Of a stretch of 64,000 bases of DNA, positions 1 to 8,165 are shown in pieces. Source of the stretch: Corallochytrium limacisporum Hawaii. Its lineage: Eukaryota > Protista > Pluriformea. Under the pieces are notes generated by a model. That model made no database searches, was not told where the DNA came from, and saw nothing but the letters and a program-made list of their open reading frames with translations. The number at the start of each line of letters is the position of its first letter. Position 1 is the first letter of the stretch. The translations under genes were made by a program, and so were the position numbers. The DNA is taken from positions 77,821 to 141,820 of the forward strand of contig PDIP01000031.1 of NCBI GenBank assembly GCA_002811645.1, read 5' to 3'.

Positions 1-250
1 TGTGCGAATGCGTCCTGAAGTGCGCAATACGATCCAAATCTGCGATGGAGGCGCAAAGCTCGAAAGCGTCAGACGACGGACCTAGGATCTCCAGCACCGA
101 CTTGACTCCGGGGCAGTGTGTACGTCCGAACTTCCCCACACTCCACCTGTCCCATCCTCGTCCCCTTGCCCACGCCCCCAATCCAACCTCCACTGTCGAA
201 GTCCCTGTACGCCCCTCTCCGACCAAGCCAGCAGAAGCAGGAGGTGGCAT
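1..250 (-). CDS. Possible 5' end of a gene running off the left edge (unknown product, MPPPASAGLVGEGRTG...)
   Basis: ATG at 250 opens a frame with no stop down to position 1 (83 codons, translated by hand). It is preceded by an AT-rich leader and a C20G7 tract like other promoters here. No recognisable domain. Confidence 0.3.
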   Translation of the reverse strand, partial: MPPPASAGLVGEGRTGTSTVEVGLGAWARGRGWDRWSVGKFGRTHCPGVKSVLEILGPSSDAFELCASIADLDRIAHFRTHSH

Positions 251-488
251 GATCGCACACTCAGTGCTATCTTTCCCACTGGCGAGAGAAAATATAATAC
301 ACTCACTATATAAAATGCCTGCTCTGGCTGCTTTCTTCCCAATGCAAGCAGGGGCCGCTGCTGCTTGTTTCCGGGTCCTTTCCTTTCGCGATTCATCATC
401 CCGCTCTTTATTTGGCCATTCGCACCCACCGCGTACGCCCTTCGCTGTAGGCTCTGTGCGAGTTTTGCGTGCAAAATCGTTACATTCT

Positions 489-515
489 CCCCCCCCCCCC
501 CCCCCCCCGGGGGGG
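489..515. repeat. C20-G7 homopolymer junction (palindrome, G4/i-motif prone)
   Basis: Read directly from the sequence. Confidence 0.9.
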
Positions 516-2176
516 CCTGTGTTTTTTTCTAAGTATTCGCCTTGCTACCGTACAGCCAGCCCGTCTATTTCCCCACCTATCGCTTGGAGTGGCAGACATA
601 CAGTACGGTGGTACCACACACGCCGGAGAGGTATCCGCGTTTGCCGCCGCTTCCAACATAGGCCAGGCTTTCAATATGACGGCAAGCGCCTCACGCACTG
701 GGGCACACGCAGGAGACAGAGGCGATAGAAGGGGAACGGAGCGGCCAAAGGGACGGAAGGCAAAAGGAGGGCCAAGTCAAACGCAATCGGGTCCTGATGC
801 GACTGTGCAGAAGAAACGGCGATGGTACCGGTACCAGCAGAGAAATAGCGCTGCCAAAAAACCCTTTTGCACACTCCCCTCCTCCCTTCCCCCGTGGCCC
901 CTCTGCTTTTGGGCTCGCTGGTTTCTCCCTCTCTGGCCGTGTCCATCTCACTCTCTCGTGACCTTCATCGCAGGCGAAAACTCCGGTATTGCTGACTGAC
1001 CCGGCTCCTCTTTGGACGCCCCTTCCTTCACAACCAACCCCTCCCCTTCCGACCCTGGGCCCTGCTTCAAACTTCCGCGTAGCGAAAGGCCCAAAGGTGG
1101 AAGCCCTGCGTAGTGAAAGAATTGCGCAATGGTCTCTCCCTGGGGGGGGGGGTGTGGGAGAGCCAGGCCACAGAAAGTGCCAGACGCAAAAAGCGACACG
1201 GGAAAAACCTACCCAAAAAAAAAAGAAGGAAGACCCGAGGGCGCCTTCCCAGAGCAAAAGGGGGAGAATCAAAAATTTTGGTGAGAAAGCTCTGGGCTCC
1301 CCGCTGTCGCGTAGAATTCCATACTCAGAGTAATGGAGACGTCGGTTCAGCTGACCCCCCCCCCCGGTGGAACGTTTGGGAGGTGGGTGCCTAGGCCAGT
1401 GGAGGCCTTGATTGATTTTCCTTGGCTTTTTTCATTTCTTTCACCTAAAACTTCCCCTGAAGCCCAGCTCCCCGCCCCGGGGGGAACCCCCCCTTCCCAC
1501 CGCTGCCCCGGTGAGGGGGGACCCCTTCCGTGCCATACAGCAAAGGAAGGGAGCACGTCAGAGACACTGTGCAGTTCTGGCGCGGCACAATCGAAGGTCA
1601 CAGTCCCACTAACAGGCCTTCACTTCCCTGATGGCAGCCCTTTTTCACTGCATGATTCTACGGGCCATGAAATTCAATGGGGACAGAACCGACCAAAGCC
1701 AGAACACCAAACGGGGACGGACGCACTGAAACGGAGCCTCATAACGGTCAGGGGGGGTCCCGCGGAGGTGTCCAGAATGACTGTGTTCCTTGTTGGCTAT
1801 GTGAAGAACGGGTCTAGAAGTGGGCAATTAGAGTCTGATATCACTATTCACGTTCTTCGGGATCAGAATTCTTCCAGCGAGGTTCCTTTCGATCCATATA
1901 GCAACTCGACCAAAGGGGATTCTACGGCACGGGAACGGTGATCCTGACCCCCAGGAGTCGATAGAATAGATCAAGGAAACCGGGTTAAGTACTTCAATAT
2001 TGTTTTTTTCTGGCATAGTTGTTTACCATACTTCTGGAATTTTTGCTTTCAGACATTTCTAATCCGGCGGTGAAGGCTGTTATTCATTTTCCCTTCATCA
2101 GCGGGCAAATGGATTGATATCAAAAGAAGTAACGTAGAATATTTATTTTCAAGGCGGAAGATCCGATACAAGGAAC

Positions 2177-4498
2177 ATGTCACCGGGTCGAACCCGCCGT
2201 GGCGAAGATGGTGACTTCTTTGATGACGATCCTGGCCCACTACTAAATGAAACTGTGCGCCGACCCTACCATGACAACTTCGAGGATGAGGGATTCGACG
2301 GGGATGACCAAAATGGTATTCATCTGCAAACTTTTTCCAATGGTTCACCGCGAGGCTCTGGGACTCTCCGCGGGTACCAAGGAGGATCGGGTACATCGCC
2401 GGTGACCACCGCAGCGGAGCACCCGGCCGCAGCTCTGCTATTCGACGATGAGACCCCTGGGTCATGGGTTGCAAAGAGATGGAAAGCTGTGGGTGTAGCA
2501 ATCACAATTTCATTTCTGTTGGCAGCGCTGGCCACCGTCACAGCCCTTTTACTAGTATCCGAAAATCAGAGCAAGAACCGATACAACAACGGCATGGGCC
2601 CTCGCCCGTCCGCTGTTCAGAACGGCGACGATGAGTCGTCGGATTTCCGTGACGCCCCGCGCCAAGGTTTCATCACACAGAAGTCCTATGGACAGAGTGC
2701 AGCGGCCACAGACGTACCGCAATGTAGTGAAATGGCTGCGAATATCATGCGCTGGTCCCACGGCAATGCGATCGATGCGGCGGTGACCGCGGCACTTTGT
2801 GTTGGTGGCATTAATGCCATGAGCAGTGGGATTGGGGGTGGTGGCTTCATGGTCGTGCGGACGGCCAAAGGTGAAGTGAAAGCAATTGATTTCCGCGAAA
2901 CGGCTCCAGGAGCAGCCACTCAAGACATGTACGAGGGCAAACCCGAGGAAAGCAGAATAGGGGCCCGTGCCATGGGCGTCCCAGGTGAACTGGCTGGACT
3001 GCAAAAGGCGCATGACCACTACGGCCGTCTGAAATGGAAGGATGTCGTCATGCCGGTCGCGGATATGCTCGCCTCAGGATTTGTCATCGGAGAACGCCTG
3101 GGTACGGATTTGCTAAAGCATGAGGAGCGTATTGTCAAATCGGAAACACTGGCCGCCGTCTACGCCGTAAATTTGACCGCTGGTGACGAAGCATTCTCCG
3201 GCGACCAAGATTACGACGACAATAACGTCGACAAGAACCCTACAAGCGGTTCCACCGGTGGAGCGGGGGGAGGTTATTCACAGGGCTGTGGCGAGACGGG
3301 TTGCATCGGCTGGGATGGAAAGACGCGCATGCGAACCTACCGCAAGGGAGAGGTTATTCGCTTGCCAACGTTGGCCAAGACCATGAAGATTATTGCGGAG
3401 AAGGGTGCCGATGCTTTCTACAAGGGTGAACTCACTGACATTTTTGTGGAAGATGTGCAGAGGCTGGGTGGCATCATCACAAAACAGGATATGGCAGAAT
3501 ACAAGGCTCTGGTGAAGACGCCTTTGGAGAGCGAGTTCATGGGCTACCGCATCTGGACGTCACCACCTCCAGCAAGTGGTCCTGTTCTGCTTCACGCTCT
3601 TTCTATACTTGAGCAGTATGAAGAACTCCACCCGGAGACTCTAGACGACGAGAACAGTGCCGCCTTTTTACATCCGGCGGTGGAAGCCCTAAAATTTTCC
3701 TACGCTCTGCGCACCAAGATTGCCGATCCGGACTTTGCAGACATAAAGGAAGTTATGCTCGAGGCGTCCAGTGCAGGCAGCGCAGTTGCCAAAGCTCGCA
3801 AGATTGAACCTAATCTCACCCACGAGCCGGAGTATTATGGCCCCCACTTTGACATGGAGGAGACCCCGGGTACGACGCACATGAGTATCGTTGGCCCAGA
3901 TGGTGATGCCGTCAGTTTGACATCGACGGTCAATCTTATCTTTGGTGCTGGGGTCATGTCCCCAGGCCTCGGGGTGGTACTCAACAATGAAATGGATGAC
4001 TTCAGCTCCCCCAACATTACCAACTACTTTGGTCTGCCGCCGTCGCCAGCAAATCACATCGCCCCTGGTAAGCGTCCGCTTTCGAGCAGCACTCCGGTTA
4101 TCATTGAGGACAGCTCCAAAGAAGTCGTGCTCGTCCTCGGGGCCGCTGGCGGCACCAAGATCACCACTGGCGTCTACCAGGTGATTCTCCGTTGCCTAAA
4201 GTTCAAGCACAGCATCTTCAGCGCCATCGAAATGCCTCGCTTTCACCATCAGTTGGTACCGAACACAGTGACGGTGGAGTACGGTATGTTCCACGGCTTT
4301 GACGACCCTGACGATCCGGATCTCAACCTAAACGTTGACACCATTGATACACTGAGTGTGTTGCAGTCATACAACCACACTGTTGAGGTCCTGAAACCTG
4401 CGGGCTTCTTGTCTGTGATCCAAGGCGTGCAGCGACATAACGGCCGATGGTACGCGCACTCGGATGTTCGCAAGCACGGTCAAGCCGATGGATGGTGA
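2177..4498 (+). CDS. GGT: Gamma-glutamyltranspeptidase / glutathione hydrolase, type II membrane-anchored
   Basis: Motifs GNAIDAAV, SSGIGGGGF, IDFRETAP, GVPGELAG, autocleavage nucleophile GTTHMS, LNNEMDDFS, PGKRPLSS, GAAGGTKI, PRFHHQL. One TM helix (VGVAITISFLLAALATVTALLLV) follows an acidic cytosolic N-terminus. Confidence 0.96.
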   Translation: MSPGRTRRGEDGDFFDDDPGPLLNETVRRPYHDNFEDEGFDGDDQNGIHLQTFSNGSPRGSGTLRGYQGGSGTSPVTTAAEHPAAALLFDDETPGSWVAKRWKAVGVAITISFLLAALATVTALLLVSENQSKNRYNNGMGPRPSAVQNGDDESSDFRDAPRQGFITQKSYGQSAAATDVPQCSEMAANIMRWSHGNAIDAAVTAALCVGGINAMSSGIGGGGFMVVRTAKGEVKAIDFRETAPGAATQDMYEGKPEESRIGARAMGVPGELAGLQKAHDHYGRLKWKDVVMPVADMLASGFVIGERLGTDLLKHEERIVKSETLAAVYAVNLTAGDEAFSGDQDYDDNNVDKNPTSGSTGGAGGGYSQGCGETGCIGWDGKTRMRTYRKGEVIRLPTLAKTMKIIAEKGADAFYKGELTDIFVEDVQRLGGIITKQDMAEYKALVKTPLESEFMGYRIWTSPPPASGPVLLHALSILEQYEELHPETLDDENSAAFLHPAVEALKFSYALRTKIADPDFADIKEVMLEASSAGSAVAKARKIEPNLTHEPEYYGPHFDMEETPGTTHMSIVGPDGDAVSLTSTVNLIFGAGVMSPGLGVVLNNEMDDFSSPNITNYFGLPPSPANHIAPGKRPLSSSTPVIIEDSSKEVVLVLGAAGGTKITTGVYQVILRCLKFKHSIFSAIEMPRFHHQLVPNTVTVEYGMFHGFDDPDDPDLNLNVDTIDTLSVLQSYNHTVEVLKPAGFLSVIQGVQRHNGRWYAHSDVRKHGQADGW

Positions 4499-4513
4499 AG
4501 CAATAATTTCTTG

Positions 4514-4580
4514 TTTATTTCTCGTTTTGCGCTCGTCACAAAGACAAGCGAGAGCCTATCTCTATCTCCTTCTGAATAAA
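4514..4580. terminator. Crossed AATAAA poly(A) signals of the convergent GGT (+, 4575-4580) and RAP (-, 4514-4519) genes
   Basis: One canonical hexamer on each strand in the 130-bp gap. Confidence 0.5.
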
Positions 4581-4628
4581 GAACAATTACATTTCAAAAG
4601 TTGCCGTGTGAACCTGAAAGCCACATGT

Positions 4629-7600
4629 TCACAGAGTCTTAGTCTTTCGTTTGTACTTTTTTTGGAAGTCATCCCAGCCCCGCTGGCTATACAGCGGACT
4701 CTCAAACGTCGGGTCGACCGCAGCCACCGATGTGGACCGCATCAAACTCTCAAAGGTAGGTGTGGCGAAGAGACTTGGTCTAGTACGCAGTGACAGGTTG
4801 GTCGTACCACTCAAAAGGACAGCCATCATCCGGTGCATATTCTGGCTGTCCCTCGGCGGCAGGATCATGATACTCCAATTCATGGCCATCAAATGCTTTA
4901 CCTTGAGCAAGAAACGCAGATCGGGGCGGCCATGGTAGACAAGTATGGCCAGCTTCGACTCCTTCAATGCAGCGTCAACGATGTAGTAACCGGTGCTTCT
5001 GTCCTGCAGACGAAGGGCAAACTTCGCGTCCTCTGCGAAAAGATCCTCGAGCATACGTCCCATGTCATCTATGATCTCTTTGTGACGAGTGAGAGACAGG
5101 CTATTGGCTGATCCATGCGACATGGCGGATGCTGCTACGGGGCTGATGCGTGTTTCCTTCCCTGGCCGGTAGGCCATAGCACCCAGCTGCTCAGCATATG
5201 CCTCATACTGCTCTGGTACCCACAGATCACGAGCTTGCTGGGATCCTAAAGTAATGAACTTGGTTGCATTAACAATGTTCTGGTCGAAGAGGCGGGCAAT
5301 TTCGGCATTGCCAAAGAGGTTCACATGGATGTGAAGTTGGTGTAGGTCTTGATTGGTGAAGGCTGGAGTCATGTGGTCACAAATGACGTAGGGGCGGTGT
5401 TTTGCTACCCTGCTGGTGACAGCTCGCAGAGTCTCTGTGATACCGTTGACAGCCTGCATGCGTGCTGCTTCCTCGTTGCCCCGCAACACGGCACCAGCTC
5501 GCACAACACTTAGCAGTGCAGCAGTGCCGCGCGCCAGAGCTGCGGAGTGGGTCATGCTCGAATTGGCCAGTGCCAGCTTGACTGCGGTGGCTTCCGTGTT
5601 AGAGATTTCAGGGTGTTGTCCTCCTTCGGCCACGAAGAGTCTCTCCGAGAAGTGTAAAGCGGATGCCAGCACCGGATCTCGACGTGGGTACTCAAAGACC
5701 TGCGTTTCGAGATACTTCTTCAGTACGCCCCATTCCCTTGGGTAAAGTTCTTGCAGTCGTGGAGCCATATCACCCAAGGCACTAATATCACGAGACACCA
5801 ACTTTGATAGAGTTGTCTTATTCACGACCAAGCGTCCGTGGCGGTCCTCATCCACAAGCTGCATCATAGCTTCCTGAGCCAAAGCCTGTGTTTTGCGTCC
5901 CGGCAGATCGATGGTCGCGCTTAGCAGTTCCAGTGCGTTGGAGGCAATATCCACATGACCATTTAGCCAGCGGTCAGCGAGGGCGTCAGCAACCTTTGTG
6001 ACGCCCTGGGCATTGTCCAGGACGTGACCACACGCGACAAAGAGCGAGAGAGATGCGTCAGCATACACAGTTTGCGGCAAACGTGCACTGACATGCCTCA
6101 GAGTTTCGTACGTCTTGGAGAGCAAACGGTACTGCTGGACTTGAACAGCCTTTTGCATACTGAGAAATGCCGTTAGATGGCACATTTGGGCTATGGACAT
6201 TTGAGTCCACCATTGAAATCCGGCCTTATCACTATTGGCGATCATGTCCCAAATGCTCGTGCTCACAGCTTGATGATCCATGATCCTCAAAAATGTGTCA
6301 TGGCGATCCGGATACCGACATGCATGCATGAATGAGCTCACCAACGCTCCGACCAGTGCAAAATCATTGTGTCTGGGCAAACGATTTAGAATCTCCGTCG
6401 CATACCAAAGCGTTGATCGTGCGGACACGTTGTCCTCAATGCAGAGGCCCACGATACCCAATTGGTACGCGCTCAAGAAGAAAATTTTCTGGTGGACTTC
6501 TTGAAGACAGGTAGATCGGAAAATGTCCGCGTCAGTCATGCCTGAAACCACTGAAAATCGAAAGGCAAGCACTATACTGTCCGCGTCCAGCTCGTGCAAA
6601 TGAGGTCCCAATAACACTTTGAGATGATCCCGAAGTTCCATCCAGTAGCTCTCACGTTTGTACCAACTGTCATGTGAGACAGCCTGTTGGTTATAAAATC
6701 GTTGCATTAATTTTCGAGCGAACATGAGGGATGTGTCATGGTCCAGGAGACCTGCTTTCTTCAGGTCGGCTCCTGACTTTACTACGGCGCTGTAAGATCC
6801 ATAGTCCAAAACGTCCTTGGACTGGCACAGCTCCCGGACCCAACCACGAGTCTCTCTCAGAGGATCTTCAAGGCTTTTAACTTTCTCAACGTCCAAAATG
6901 CGACCTACTTTGCTGTTTGCGCGCCGCGGGGTCTGGTACGGCAAATCAAAGATAGGATTCTCTTCTGCCGTCTGTCGGAGAACATTAATCATATCTTCAA
7001 CGCAGTCTACCGTCATGGGTACTTTGATAGTTGATCCATAAGTCGTTTCAGGTACCTCGCGGCTTGTTTTATCTATCACACTTTCCAATTGGTCCTCATC
7101 GCTATTGCTCCGGTCGCGGGAGCACTCCAGGGCTTCCTCATTTCTCTGTGCCTGCATAGTTTCGGACGCCCTCATTGCCGCTGCAGTGGACTTGATGTTC
7201 TTGAGCTGAAATGTAGATAATTTGTCCTCTTTCCATTGTGGATATATACGTTGGGGTGTTTTCCCGGGATCCCTGTACACAACTTGACCGATGGCCGCAA
7301 AAACAGCCTTCGCAGGCCTGTTCGGTGTCCTTTGGGAGGTCAGATCTGTAAGCCACTGAGGTCGAGCTGCCACTGTCTCTTCAATTGCCCGCACTTCGAA
7401 TCTAGTGTGTTGCATGTCTCTAACTCGATGCCGTCTGGTGGGTCTCCGTTTCCACCGTGGCTTGAACGTTTGGCTAGGTACCGGTGCATCAATGGTTTCC
7501 GACAAGTTTGGTCTCCCAGCCAATCCCGGGAGTTCCGGCAGTGGCTGTGATTGTGACTTTCCCTCTAAATCTCTGATCTTGGGTGAGGAAGCAATCCCAT

Positions 7601-7670
7601 ACCTAGTCAATCTCAAGGGATTTGAAGCGGCCGATCTCTGGCCTGCTCGCAACAGTCGTAACGACAGCAT
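4629..7670 (-). CDS. Mitochondrial RAP-domain (FASTK-like) helical RNA-binding protein
   Basis: 1013-aa ORF with an Arg/Leu/Ser-rich presequence-like N-terminus and a helical middle. The C-terminal YIVDAALKESKLAILVYHG...LKVKHLMAMNWSIMILP resembles a RAP domain. Confidence 0.65.
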   Translation of the reverse strand: MLSLRLLRAGQRSAASNPLRLTRYGIASSPKIRDLEGKSQSQPLPELPGLAGRPNLSETIDAPVPSQTFKPRWKRRPTRRHRVRDMQHTRFEVRAIEETVAARPQWLTDLTSQRTPNRPAKAVFAAIGQVVYRDPGKTPQRIYPQWKEDKLSTFQLKNIKSTAAAMRASETMQAQRNEEALECSRDRSNSDEDQLESVIDKTSREVPETTYGSTIKVPMTVDCVEDMINVLRQTAEENPIFDLPYQTPRRANSKVGRILDVEKVKSLEDPLRETRGWVRELCQSKDVLDYGSYSAVVKSGADLKKAGLLDHDTSLMFARKLMQRFYNQQAVSHDSWYKRESYWMELRDHLKVLLGPHLHELDADSIVLAFRFSVVSGMTDADIFRSTCLQEVHQKIFFLSAYQLGIVGLCIEDNVSARSTLWYATEILNRLPRHNDFALVGALVSSFMHACRYPDRHDTFLRIMDHQAVSTSIWDMIANSDKAGFQWWTQMSIAQMCHLTAFLSMQKAVQVQQYRLLSKTYETLRHVSARLPQTVYADASLSLFVACGHVLDNAQGVTKVADALADRWLNGHVDIASNALELLSATIDLPGRKTQALAQEAMMQLVDEDRHGRLVVNKTTLSKLVSRDISALGDMAPRLQELYPREWGVLKKYLETQVFEYPRRDPVLASALHFSERLFVAEGGQHPEISNTEATAVKLALANSSMTHSAALARGTAALLSVVRAGAVLRGNEEAARMQAVNGITETLRAVTSRVAKHRPYVICDHMTPAFTNQDLHQLHIHVNLFGNAEIARLFDQNIVNATKFITLGSQQARDLWVPEQYEAYAEQLGAMAYRPGKETRISPVAASAMSHGSANSLSLTRHKEIIDDMGRMLEDLFAEDAKFALRLQDRSTGYYIVDAALKESKLAILVYHGRPDLRFLLKVKHLMAMNWSIMILPPRDSQNMHRMMAVLLSGTTNLSLRTRPSLFATPTFESLMRSTSVAAVDPTFESPLYSQRGWDDFQKKYKRKTKTL

Positions 7671-7915
7671 CTGTGATAGCTTTAACCTGACCTGTGCATT
7701 TCACAACAGGCTCATGTCACCTTATGTGGACTCACTTTCATATTGGCTATGGTTTTTATTTCGACTTAACAGCCTATCAAATGGGATCCGTCCATCACAT
7801 ACAGTACTCCTGCAGCACATGAGTTTGGCCCATGGATCCCTGTGCGGACGAAGCTCCACGCGACTGAAGTAGCCACCCACCCCCACCCACCTGCACTGAG
7901 GCCCCTCCCCTATGC

Positions 7916-7961
7916 CTCTCCCCCCCTGGCCCCCCCCCCGGGGGGGGGGGGGGTGGGAGAG
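7916..7961. repeat. CTCTCCC...C10-G14...GGGAGAG imperfect palindrome
   Basis: C10 (7930-7939) abuts G14 (7940-7953), closed by CTCTCCC/GGGAGAG. Confidence 0.9.
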
Positions 7962-8165
7962 AAGGGTTTGGAGGAAATAGGTGGGGCAGGTGGGTTTCAG
8001 CGCATTGGAGCAAAGGAAGCGAAAACGGTCCTCAGGCTCTTGCTGCCGCTCAAATCGACAGGTATTCCGGTGGAGTCTGTTGTACACGGTCAGTGACGTC
8101 CGATACGGGAGATTCTCTTGTCTCTGTGTCATTTTATTGTAATACTTTCTAGTTGGGTTCCTCAT

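Noticed and set aside
45-1941. ORFs of 170-230 aa in the first intergenic region (45..728, 469..999, 691..1272, 1333..1941)
   Set aside because: They run through homopolymer tracts (poly-Pro/Gly/Phe), overlap each other on both strands and show no domain. This is expected in GC-rich non-coding DNA.
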